Origin: Candidatus Bathyarchaeota archaeon
Lineage (GTDB): Archaea > Thermoproteota > Bathyarchaeia > Bathyarchaeales > Bathycorpusculaceae
NCBI GenBank assembly: GCA_963782525.1
Contig: CAWAKC010000009.1
Coordinates: 32,001 to 96,000 of the forward strand
Reading direction: 5' to 3'
DNA: 64,000 nucleotides
Positions within the stretch are counted from its first letter, which is position 1. Each line of letters opens with the position of its first letter. Positions 20,038 through 28,431 of this stretch are shown here, piece after piece. The notes below the pieces were generated by a model, which searched no databases, was not told the DNA's origin, and worked only from the letters and a program-made list of their open reading frames with translations. The translations under genes and the position numbers were made by a program.

Positions 20038-20400
20038 TTATTTCAGGGATTCCCCTTTTCCAATTCCGCACATGTTTTCAAGGTGTTGTCGGTCTTTTGT
20101 GTTTTTCTCGACTTCTCCTATCAAACGATTTGAACGTTTTAGATATTCTTCATAGAGCTCAAGAAACTCTTTTCCTGTCGTTGTAGTTAAGTAGCCTGAT
20201 TCCCCGTCGAATGACAGAAGAGCGTTTCCCAAAAGAGCGCTTAGGTACTTTTCTAATTGATGAAAACTCAAATTAGCCCTATACATGATTCTAGTCTTGC
20301 AAACCTTAACTAACGCGATAGAAAGAACTTCGCGCACAATGTCTAAACTACTGCGATTCTTGTTGGCTGGTTTTTGATCTTTCAAAGACAAAAACAACAC
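20038..20400 (-). CDS. Winged-helix transcriptional regulator (HTH_45/DUF4364-like)
   Basis: RSSLDIV..L....KTRIMYRANLSF..LEKYL..L...Y.TT..G. Confidence 0.85.
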   Translation of the reverse strand: MLFLSLKDQKPANKNRSSLDIVREVLSIALVKVCKTRIMYRANLSFHQLEKYLSALLGNALLSFDGESGYLTTTTGKEFLELYEEYLKRSNRLIGEVEKNTKDRQHLENMCGIGKGESLK

Positions 20401-20933
20401 TTCAACGTTTTATATTTCAAGAATACAATCTTTTCAAATTAATGCTTTACAGTTCTAGGGGTTAGTCGTGAACTTGTTTCCACTAACAAATCCCCCCGTG
20501 ACCGGAGTGGACAATTCTTAAACTTTAAAGCTTAGCAATCAAGAACACTGCGGTTTAAGGTTATAAACTATAAAGGGCAACAAATAGAGCCCTTAGGTCC
20601 ACACAAAAAAACCACAATCCCAGCTCAACCTACAAGAAATAGATGGTTAACATTGAAATTTTTCAAGCAACAATAGAGCCAGAGAAGATGCAACTGCTAC
20701 TGCTGCTGCAACAACAGAAATTTGCACACCAATTGTTGCATCTATCAAAGACTCAACACCCAACCATCTACTTCAAAGTTGAAAGGAAGCAGAATCAAAG
20801 ATACGCGATAGAAGTTGTTGTTGTTGTTGTTACTACTGCATTCTCTGCAGACCGGTTGCAACAACGATCAAAAACAAACCCAAATTATACAACTCAGATT
20901 TCTAAAACTCAAAAGCAACCAAATAAATTATTA

Positions 20934-21209
20934 CTAAATAGAATACCCGAGATCATTTACTTTCCTAAGCAATAACAGCAAAGCTTTGCCTCGTGAAGTT
21001 ATGCAATAGCAACCGTTGCCTTCACCATCCTTGAATGCCTCAATAAAGCCCTTGCTTAGGAAATCTGAGAGATATCGGTTGAAACGTACGTAATTCAAAT
21101 TCGCTTGGTACATTATCCTCATTTTTTTCTGAGGCTTTAGGGTTGCCTCTAAAATGTCTATTGTGATGGTTACGCGGCTACGTTTCTGCAATATCTTCGC
21201 CTTAAACAA
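20934..21209 (-). CDS. Winged-helix transcriptional regulator (HTH_45-like)
   Basis: KRSR..I..DIL.....K..IMYQANLNY..F.RYL....Y.IT.RG. Confidence 0.8.
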   Translation of the reverse strand: MFKAKILQKRSRVTITIDILEATLKPQKKMRIMYQANLNYVRFNRYLSDFLSKGFIEAFKDGEGNGCYCITSRGKALLLLLRKVNDLGYSI

Positions 21210-21335
21210 GCAACCTCGAAAAACGCATATAAGTAATATTTCGTGTATCGAAATATATCAAGAAAATAGCCGAGGTTTCCTATTTACCATCTCGTTTTTG
21301 CTTTAGAATGGTTTTGGCATCTGCAAATCAAATAA

Positions 21336-21476
21336 TTTGGCTTCATCATGCGTGTCGTTGTTTGTTGCTCATTTGGATCTTTGAGTTAAAAGTTGTCCTC
21401 GAGGAATATTTGAGTCATCTTTTCTGCGGGCTCAACTTCCAAGCTCCTGAAATACTCAGCTACTTTCGCAAAAAAA
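21336..21476 (-). pseudogene. Relic of the 3' end and downstream DNA of the wHTH gene 30067..31032
   Basis: Aligns with 30018..30156 (shared GTCATCTTTTCTGCGGGCTCAACTTCCAAGCTCCTG). Confidence 0.8.
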
Positions 21477-21800
21477 CCTGCTTTGCCTGCAGTGGTTGCG
21501 GTGGCCGACCAAAAAACAGAAAGCGTAGTAGAAGACCAAGATTTTCACTCTTCTTCTCTTAGACCATCCGCTGAACCTAAAGAGGCTGCGTTAATTGAGC
21601 CTGAGCCAATCCACTACCATTGTCTGCCGCCCAATGAGCCTCATCCATGCGACAAATACGGCTGCGCACGAGAAGCCAAATACCAACTTGGCAACGGCTA
21701 CTACTACCATGATAAGGCGGTTAGCCATTTTTCTGAGGTTGCAAACAAATGCCGAAAAGAAGGATTCGAGTTAATCGAGGATGTGTAGAGGTTTGACGTT
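21471..21800 (+). pseudogene. Relic of the primase-helicase C-terminal tail
   Basis: EPIHYH.L.PNEPHPCDKYGC.REA.YQLGNG.Y.HDKAVSHFSEVANKCRKEGF.LIEDV nearly identical to the end of 32067..34697. Confidence 0.85.
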
Positions 21801-21824
21801 TAACCGTTTGATTTTGAAGGCATC

Positions 21825-21960
21825 TTTGTTTGATAGAAGAAGAACCGTGGTTGCTCCACTGCAGCGGAGTTTGCGTTTTAGGTTGCTTTTCTGGTTTGGG
21901 CTTTGGGGCGAATTTTGGATGCGTCTTTATGCGTCTTAATGCGGTTGGGGAAGGTTTGGG
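21825..21960 (+). repeat. G/T-rich island repeat, copy A
   Basis: TTGTTTGATAGAAGAAG..GGAGTTTG..TTTT.GGTTGCTTTT..GGTTTGGG..TGCGTCTT core. Confidence 0.85.
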
Positions 21961-22046
21961 AGATAGATTGTTCTAGATTCCCTCTCTTTCTGCCTACGGT
22001 TAGAAGACGGTCATTTGTTTTTCGATGAAAAGATAAAGATGAACAA

Positions 22047-22484
22047 TCAGGGACTTGCCAGAGGATCTTTGAAGGTTAGGTTGGTGTCCTTCCAAGTTAT
22101 GCTTTGTAGTTTTAGGAGTTCTTTGTCGTGGGTGTACATGGTGGGGGTTTGGTTTGCTAGAAAGTTGGCTATTATTAGGGAGTCTCTTCCTCCGAGTTTG
22201 TACAGTACAGATAAGTTGAGGGCTATGATGCTGGTTTTTCGGGTTTGATTGTAAAATTCTATGTATGGGTTTTTTAGGAGCAGTCTTATGGCGTTTGCTG
22301 CTTCCTGTGGATGCCATTTATGCCCAAAAACCAATACGTGATAGGCTTCGTGGATAGTTGTCGGGTTTATGGCTATTTTATTTTCGGTTGATAGCTTAAG
22401 CAGTAGGTCGTTTAGCTGTTTATTTTCGGGGTATTCTTCGTCTAAGGCGTAGCAGATGATGTTTGTGTCTAGGCCAACGATCAC
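22047..22484 (-). CDS. vapC: PIN-domain toxin (VapC)
   Basis: GLDTNIICY, TIHE, RDSLIIA, YTHDKE; GTGA overlap with the antitoxin. Confidence 0.85.
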   Translation of the reverse strand: MIVGLDTNIICYALDEEYPENKQLNDLLLKLSTENKIAINPTTIHEAYHVLVFGHKWHPQEAANAIRLLLKNPYIEFYNQTRKTSIIALNLSVLYKLGGRDSLIIANFLANQTPTMYTHDKELLKLQSITWKDTNLTFKDPLASP

Positions 22485-22732
22485 TCGGATTTGCTCCAGA
22501 TTGCCTTGATCTGTTCAGGTGACCAGTTCTCTGGTGTGTCTGTTCGGCGATGCTTGGATTTGATGACTTTTCGCAATTCTTCGATGGGGTCTTCTTTTTT
22601 GCCGGGCAGTAGTAGAAATCCCTGGGGTGTTCTTTTTAGGGTGGCTGTGTCGCCGATTTCTTGGCGAATTTCTGCTGGAATGCAGATACGGCCTTTGGAG
22701 TCTACTTTTACGTTGACTTGTTCAGCTTCCAT
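22481..22732 (-). CDS. vapB: AbrB/MazE-type antitoxin
   Basis: KVDSKGRICIPAEIRQEIG; start taken at MEAEQ (ATG 22732). Confidence 0.8.
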   Translation of the reverse strand: MEAEQVNVKVDSKGRICIPAEIRQEIGDTATLKRTPQGFLLLPGKKEDPIEELRKVIKSKHRRTDTPENWSPEQIKAIWSKSE

Positions 22733-23201
22733 TTTTCCCACACTAACATGTGGGATGAAGAAGAATTTAAAACTTCCCATTTCGAATAATACCCGGTTTC
22801 TTGATGAGTACAAACGCGCGAAGCAGCTATTAGGGCAGCTAGAACGCCTAACATGTAGATAGCATTTGTTACAGAAGGCTTACTATTGAGAGCAAGCATC
22901 CGGCAAACCAATCCCAGCCATCCTCACCTGCACAATCACTAAATAGCCTTCCTAAAAGAAGAACAGCCGCTACTGCAAAAAAGACTGGCCAATTGATCAT
23001 ATTCTGAACCCTAACAAGCCCCCAACTCAACAAGGACCAAAGTTACCTCGAAACCTCTCTTACAGAACAATCACCAAGGAAGTTCTATCAAAACCTAAGC
23101 TCCGCCAACACAAGATAAACAATGCCAAAAAAGAGCTGTGATATCAGCAGATAAAAACACGGTTAAAACGAGACTGACTATGGATCTTTAACTACAAAAC
23201 T

Positions 23202-23320
23202 CTGTCTTATACAACAAAAACACTTACTGCTGCAAAATATGGGGGTTTGTGTTTTGGGTTGCTTTTTTTGTTTGGGGTTTGCTGCGTGTTTTGGATGCGT
23301 CTTGGCTTGTCTGGTGAAGG
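23202..23320 (+). repeat. G/T-rich island repeat, copy B
   Basis: GGGGGTTTGTGTTTTGGGTTGCTTTTTTTGTTTGGGGTTTGCTGCGTGTTTTGGATGCGTCTT. Confidence 0.8.
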
Positions 23321-23374
23321 TACTGATAACAAATCTGGCCTAATGTGTTTGAGACGATATCGACAGTGGTAGTA

Positions 23375-23810
23375 TCACTTTAGTAAATTTAGAAATTCTT
23401 CTCTGCTCAGCCCGGATTGTTGAATTATTGCTAAAGCGTTCCTTTTTGAATTATATCGTGACGTGGAACAGTAATTTTGTGTTTGCCGTCGGTTAGGTAC
23501 ATGTGACTTCCTTTCTGATGAATAATTCTGAAGCCTGCTTTGTTTAAAGCCCGAAGCAGTTTACGGTGGGATAATGTAAGGCAGTTTCTCAGACAGTTAT
23601 TTCCACCAGCTCGCGTTTTCGTTTAAGCTGGTCTAATTCTTCTGGAAAAGCTTCAAGGTATCCTTCGATAGCTGCTTTTATGTTCGCTATGGCATCTTTT
23701 TTGTTTTCCCTTGACTAATACAACCGGGTAATTCGACAACTTGGGCTGAATAGCCCGTATCTTCTTCACGTAAAATAACAGTAAATTTAGCGTCGTCTAC
23801 CCCAACCATG
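23375..23810 (-). pseudogene. hicAB: Frameshifted hicB-hicA toxin-antitoxin pair
   Basis: Manual translation: KFTVILREEDTGYSAQVVELPGCISQGKT/DAIANIKAAIEGYLE (HicB) followed by LLRALNKAGF..QKGSHMYL..ITVPRH..KGTL/AIIQQSGLSREEF (HicA). Confidence 0.8.
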
Positions 23811-24013
23811 GAACTCCACCGAATATCATTAGACAGCTCAATTTAATATAAAAGTTTGCAACGTAAAATTCGAATTCTATCAGAGGCAACATGGAAACCG
23901 AGTGCAAATTCTCAGGCTTTCCTTTAGGTGTTCAACAGCTGCTGATTGAAATGCAACAGAATAGCTGCTGGCACAAAAAACTCTGAAGCTATGACGTTGA
24001 TTATGGCTAATCT

Positions 24014-24184
24014 TCAAGCCATTTGTTTAGACCATGTTACTGTTTTTTTGAGTCCTTCTTTAAAGCTCACGTTTGGCTTCCATTGGACAAGTTTTTTTAG
24101 TTTTTGTGTGTCAGGGCAGCGTCTTTTTGGGTCATCCCTCGGCAGTGGGTGGGATGTTATTTTAGATTTGCATTTTGTGATATC
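24014..24184 (-). pseudogene. C-terminal fragment of an NAD-dependent sugar epimerase / UDP-glucuronate decarboxylase
   Basis: SKITSHPLPRDDPKRRCPDTQKLKKLVQWKPNVSFKEGLKKTVTW matches the family C-terminus (PLP.DDP.RR.PD, W.P.V..EEGL..T..W). Confidence 0.7.
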
Positions 24185-24323
24185 TTACTCTTCACTAACT
24201 CTCATGCGTATTTAGCTTCGTTTTTTCTGTGTGTATTTGTGTACACCATGTAGGTAGCATTGACCACCAATTCTCAAAGTTTATTAATACTCACGACTTA
24301 CGACATAAATTGTGAAGATCACA

Positions 24324-24773
24324 ATGAACACTCAAAAACTCTCCAAAATAGCAGTAATAGCTTTAGCAATAGCCGCACTCGCCCTAACACTAACCACAGC
24401 TGCACTCCTCAGCACAAGTCAAAACATTCCCCTAAACGGAACAATAAACGCAGTAAATTTAGGCGTATACTCCGACAGCGCCTGCACACAAACCTGTTCA
24501 GCCCTAAACGTTGGATCCCTCAATCCTGGAGGAACCGGCACACAAACAATATACATCAAAAACACCGGCAACGTCCCAGAAACACTAACCATGAACGCAA
24601 GCAATTGGAATCCAACTGACGCCACCTCTTCACTAACTCTAACCTGGAACCAACAAAACACCGTCCTACCCGCTGGACAGTCGATCCAAGCAACACTAAC
24701 CTTAACCGCAGCAGCAAACACCGGCAGCCTCACAACCTTCAGCTGCGACGTAACACTCACAGGCACCCAATAA
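24324..24773 (+). CDS. Small secreted beta-sandwich protein, possibly a TasA/CalY/AbpA-like fibre subunit
   Basis: Signal peptide ending TTAALL, then L.PGG....IYIKNTGNVP and a Thr-rich beta pattern. Confidence 0.7.
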   Translation: MNTQKLSKIAVIALAIAALALTLTTAALLSTSQNIPLNGTINAVNLGVYSDSACTQTCSALNVGSLNPGGTGTQTIYIKNTGNVPETLTMNASNWNPTDATSSLTLTWNQQNTVLPAGQSIQATLTLTAAANTGSLTTFSCDVTLTGTQ

Positions 24774-24824
24774 ACAATAAGACAAAACTTGGACCTTTTT
24801 TGCGCGTATTTTTTTAGTCCTTTA

Positions 24825-25031
24825 TCAGAAGTAGGGTGCCCTATCTTTAATTGTAAAACGGTTTTGGTAACATCTTTTAGACGGATTTGGCTCGGCTATT
24901 AGTCTTCCAGCTTCGATTTTGTAACTAACTTTTGTGTGGGCGTAAAGTTTTAGTTTTTCTCTGATTTCTTTAGAAGGGAAAAGCTCTCTTTCGAACCCAC
25001 TCGACTTTGCTGCATTTATCTGATCCCCCAA
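24825..25031 (-). pseudogene. Degenerate AbrB-type antitoxin
   Basis: ELFPSKEIREKLKL....V.Y.IEAGRLI.EP resembles an AbrB fold; no partner toxin. Confidence 0.45.
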
Positions 25032-25099
25032 ATAAAACTATATTTTTTCGATAATAAACTTAGGCAGATTTCAGAATTGTTGTATATTTTGTTTGGGAG

Positions 25100-25205
25100 T
25101 GGTTAGTTGTGTTAGAAGAAGCTTGGCTTTTTTGCGTTTTAGTAGAAGGTTTGTTTTAAGTTGCTTTTGTTGAACAAGCTTTGAAGAGCATTTTGGTTGC
25201 GTCTG
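25100..25205 (+). repeat. G/T-rich island repeat, degenerate copy
   Basis: GTGTTAGAAGAAG..GGTTTGTTTTAAGTTGCTTTTG..GCATTTTGGTTGCGTCT. Confidence 0.55.
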
Positions 25206-25269
25206 CATATGTCATGGTTCGTCTGCCGAAAACAAGGATGTTCCAGTTACTGCTAAATGAGATAAGCGC

Positions 25270-25793
25270 AATCAAGTTTAGGTGCTCGCTAACCACAGAT
25301 TAATGAAGAATGATGACGGCAAAACTACTTTATAACTACTCAATTTATTAGGGTGCAGCCATAAAGTTTTCTAAGGGATTTATTTGACTGAGACAGACTT
25401 AGAAAAAGTCTATACAGAAATGAAACGTGTTAGGGTAGAGTTAAAGTCCATAGAAAGAACACTTGAAAGTCTCGCAGAATCTCTAATACCAAAGGAAAAA
25501 GCAAGCCCAGAGGAAATAAAAGAACTTGAATCTCTCAGGAATGAAGCGGAGTGTGGAGACAGCATTCCTTTGGAAGAAGTGCTAAAGAAGCACGGAGTAA
25601 AAAGCTGCCTTTTGCTGAAACCTTCGCCATTTCGGCTGCTTTAGTCGTCATTTTCTTTCTTTACCTGATATTGTGATGTATATTTCTTTAGTTCTTCTAC
25701 TTTACCTTAAGAAAAGGCGTAAAACAAATAATAATCAACTTTAGGTGCTCGCAAACCTCAGGTTAGTAGAGAACGATAACGGCACAAAAACTG
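25270..25793 (+). repeat. ~60-bp direct repeats (25270-25328 and 25732-25793) flanking an orphan antitoxin; third partial copy near 29878-29930
   Basis: AATCAA.TTTAGGTGCTCGC.AACC.CAG.TTA...GAA.GAT.ACGGCA. Confidence 0.7.
25384..25644 (+). CDS. Orphan RelB-like archaeal antitoxin; toxin partner absent
   Basis: Coiled N-terminus, then PEEIKELE....GDSIPLEEVLKK typical of archaeal RelE partners. Confidence 0.55.
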   Translation: MTETDLEKVYTEMKRVRVELKSIERTLESLAESLIPKEKASPEEIKELESLRNEAECGDSIPLEEVLKKHGVKSCLLLKPSPFRLL

Positions 25794-26121
25794 CTCTAAC
25801 GAAAAATATTGTTTATTTAAAAAATCTAGAACCAATGCGTAACGACTTGAACTTGCCCTCTTCAGGTAATAGACTTCTCCACGCGAACGCTGGCTTATCC
25901 TTTTTGTTCACCAACGCCTTTTCTATCAACCCGACTTTTTCAGCCTCTTGAAGCTCACTTTTTAGTTGTTCTTTATCGGTGGGCATGTTCGTTAGTTTGG
26001 TTAATTCGTCGGCTATGCGTCTGTTGTTGGGTTGCCTTGTTTTTGGGCGTTATCGACGGTTTTGATTGGGCTTTCTGGCTAATTTTTTTGGGTAATTCAA
26101 CATCAATTCACAACTTCAAAT

Positions 26122-26550
26122 CTAAGTTTTCTTGTTTGGGTATTCCATGAAGTTGTAGTATTTTGTGCCTTCAAGCTTCTTTACAAGCTTTTGGTCTAAA
26201 GTTAGCAACTGTGCATCTAGCTTCTCGGCAAGCGATAGGAAAGCAGCGTCATAAACTGTAATGTTTAGTTCTATTGCTAGAACCATTGCGTCTTTTATGA
26301 CTTCTGAAAAGTTATGTACCGCGTAGAGATCCATCATTTCTGCGGCTTGTATGAAGGCTTTTATTGCATCCTTTGCATCAAGCCTATCGGATTTCTTGTA
26401 CTTTATCGCGTTGGCTACTTCGTAATAGTTCAAGTCCAGAGCATGGAAGTTATCATACTCTGATAATCTCTTAGAAGCCCAATCAGAGTGTTCCTCTGGT
26501 GTGACTAGTGCAGCAACCACAGATGAATCAACAACAACCTCAGTGGGCAT
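26122..26550 (-). CDS. vapC: PIN-domain toxin (VapC)
   Basis: VVVDSSVV, YEVANA, ITVYDAAFLSLA, LLTLDQKL. Confidence 0.9.
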   Translation of the reverse strand: MPTEVVVDSSVVAALVTPEEHSDWASKRLSEYDNFHALDLNYYEVANAIKYKKSDRLDAKDAIKAFIQAAEMMDLYAVHNFSEVIKDAMVLAIELNITVYDAAFLSLAEKLDAQLLTLDQKLVKKLEGTKYYNFMEYPNKKT

Positions 26551-26773
26551 GCTCGCGATCCTCCCTAATGATATCTGCCGAAGGCGTTGTCACTCCAGCT
26601 TTTTTGTACAGATCATCTCTGAACCTATCCACCTGTCTCATTAACTGCTTTAATTTCTTCCTTTTCACCATTCGCTCAAGACATTCCCTAACCTCTTGGG
26701 CATAATCTAAGTTTAATTCCTGAAGTTCGTCTTTGAGCTTCTTGGATACTCTGACTGCAATTACAGCGCTCAT
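26540..26773 (-). CDS. vapB: RHH-type VapB antitoxin
   Basis: MSAVIAVRVSKKLKDEL..SADIIREDRE; overlaps vapC. Confidence 0.85.
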   Translation of the reverse strand: MSAVIAVRVSKKLKDELQELNLDYAQEVRECLERMVKRKKLKQLMRQVDRFRDDLYKKAGVTTPSADIIREDREHAH

Positions 26774-26956
26774 GTGTAAACATTAAATAAACAAAATATA
26801 TAAATAATTTGTTAACAATATGTAAACGCCGTCAATTTTGCGCTTAACTCTTCCTATGGACCGGTAACTTGTATTAGTGTTAAACAGCAAGAATATTTAA
26901 TGTTGCATGAAAATCTGGCACTTGTTTTTCTGGGGGTTTTGCCGTTGCTTAACTTT

Positions 26957-26984
26957 TTGTTTGTTGATAGAACAACAACACTTG
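26957..26984 (+). repeat. 5' fragment of the island repeat
   Basis: TTGTTTGTTGATAGAACAACAACACTTG resembles the starts of copies F and G. Confidence 0.4.
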
Positions 26985-27058
26985 GGAATGGATTGTTGTT
27001 GTTCTCCCTTTGGGCGGCAATTAAAGAAGCAGAACACTTAGCTGCATGGCAGCCAACT

Positions 27059-27772
27059 TTAGTTTTTAATCTGCCTCTGCATTTTAGCTATTTTATCTTT
27101 TCTGTTTTTTTCCTCAGCTTGCATGACTTCTTCTACTTTGGACTCATCGTTTAGTAGAAAACTGTGAATTTCTCTAAGGCTGCCTTCGGGGTACTCCGAT
27201 AGTATTTTTTGGAAGAATCTGGTGTCCTCTAAGAAAACGCCGTTAAGGTAGTAATCGAATATGTAATCGAGTTTTGCTGAGTCGGTGAACTGGGCACCTC
27301 TTACATAACTACTTAAATACGCTGCAAACATCTCCATGGCGTCTTCGAAAATTATTTTCATCTGTGTTTTGAGGTATTCGGTTTTTTCTTTGCCATTGAG
27401 GCTTTGGGCTTTTTCTTTGATGTCTTTATATTGTTGTTCTAAAGAATAGGGTTTGTTTTGGTCGCTTTTTGTTTGTTGGGTGGTTTTTTCTTGGTTAATG
27501 TCGAGTTCTTCGAGGGGGGTTGCGATTTTGTACCAGACTTCTGCTCCGCCGTCGGGTCCTAATCTGGCTTCTTTGTTTATGCTTCCTTCATCGTGCATCT
27601 TGTCTAGGTTTTGTTTTAGTGTGGTTGGTCCCATTTGGAGTTCTTTTAGGTGGTCTTTGAGGGTTTTCCATCTTGCTTGGCCGCCGGTTTGGATTAAGAC
27701 TTTGTAGATGTCTTCTCTTCTGATCTTGAGTTTGTTGTATTCGGTGTTGCCTTTCATGTTGTTTCTCCCCAA
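27059..27772 (-). CDS. N-terminal winged-helix DNA-binding protein, probable element repressor
   Basis: ARWKTL...L..MGPTTLKQNLDKM..EGSI.K....VWYKI; divergent position analogous to 30067..31032. Confidence 0.65.
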   Translation of the reverse strand: MGRNNMKGNTEYNKLKIRREDIYKVLIQTGGQARWKTLKDHLKELQMGPTTLKQNLDKMHDEGSINKEARLGPDGGAEVWYKIATPLEELDINQEKTTQQTKSDQNKPYSLEQQYKDIKEKAQSLNGKEKTEYLKTQMKIIFEDAMEMFAAYLSSYVRGAQFTDSAKLDYIFDYYLNGVFLEDTRFFQKILSEYPEGSLREIHSFLLNDESKVEEVMQAEEKNRKDKIAKMQRQIKN

Positions 27773-27780
27773 GCATTTTC

Positions 27781-27833
27781 AGTATTGAGATACTATATCA
27801 GTATCGTTTTAATAAAAGTTTTACCAAGATACT
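27781..27833. promoter_or_regulatory. Candidate operator array in the divergent promoter
   Basis: GATACT-N5-AGTATC palindrome (27789-27805), overlapping AGTAT-N4-ATACT, and a further GATACT at 27828. Confidence 0.45.
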
Positions 27834-27902
27834 ATTGGGGGTAATCAAGTTACCGCTAAATCAAAAAACAAGCAGAAAAGCAACAACAACGCAGACCCTG
27901 AC

Positions 27903-28051
27903 TTTGTTTGATAGAAGAAGACAGTTAGTTGCCCCCTGCGGCGGAGTTTGTGTTTTGGGTTGCTTTTCTTGTTTGGGCTTTGCAGCGTTTTCTGGCTGCG
28001 TCTTCACCCGTCGCTATATGGTTGGGGAAGGTTGGTTTAGGAGGTGTTTTT
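27903..28051 (+). repeat. G/T-rich island repeat, copy D (leader of a tandem-AbrB gene)
   Basis: Near-identical to 34719..34868; ends in a GGAGGTG ribosome-binding site. Confidence 0.9.
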
Positions 28052-28330
28052 GTGCCCCTAACTGAGAGAGTTGTTTTCAAAACCCGCATGCAACGAGGCG
28101 GCAGAGTACAAGTCAACAAATACGTAAGATGGCGCTACAAGCTTGAACCAAGTCAGTACCTATCAGTGTGGGTAAACGTCCCGGCTATCTGGAATTCTGC
28201 AGAGGGTTTTTTGTGTAGAATGACCAAAGACGGCAGAATAGTAATCCCCAAACTCACAATGGCATGCCTCAAAAAAGATAAACCAAACTTAGACGGCTAC
28301 CTAATAGAAGTCACCCTAAAACCCTTCTAA
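28052..28330 (+). CDS. 92-aa tandem AbrB/MraZ-like protein, copy 1
   Basis: Two swapped-hairpin motifs (QRGGRVQV..VRW..KLE; MTKDGRIVIPK); GTG start after GGAGGTG. Confidence 0.75.
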   Translation: MPLTERVVFKTRMQRGGRVQVNKYVRWRYKLEPSQYLSVWVNVPAIWNSAEGFLCRMTKDGRIVIPKLTMACLKKDKPNLDGYLIEVTLKPF

Positions 28331-28431
28331 CATCAAGCAGTTTATGAGGGGTGCTGGACAATATACCCAATTTGCTAAATCTATAAAATAGCAAAACACT
28401 AATTAACTAATTTGTCAAAATAGTAAAGTAG

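Larger units (their letters stand above)
18170..21260. repeat. ~3.1-kb direct repeat, copy 1 (GT2, small membrane peptide, CxC/HxxxH protein, two wHTH genes)
   Basis: Collinear and highly similar to 38568..41655 including intergenic DNA; non-homologous patches near 19540-19790 and 20745-20810. Confidence 0.9.

Noticed and set aside
20643-20975. 110-aa ORF with poly-L/Q/V runs
   Set aside because: It arises from triplet-rich intergenic DNA, and the frame is not preserved in the second copy.
25816-25986. Minus-strand fragment ELQEAEKVGLIEKALVNKKDKPAFAWRSLLP resembling a wHTH C-terminus
   Set aside because: Short, with no recognisable full gene; cannot be assigned without a search.
27835-28119. 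Overlapping short ORFs across the repeat (27835+, 27925-, 34669+, 34694-) and 5' extensions of the tandem-AbrB ORFs
   Set aside because: They are by-products of stop-poor G/T-rich sequence; the RBS and the third copy define a 92-aa gene.
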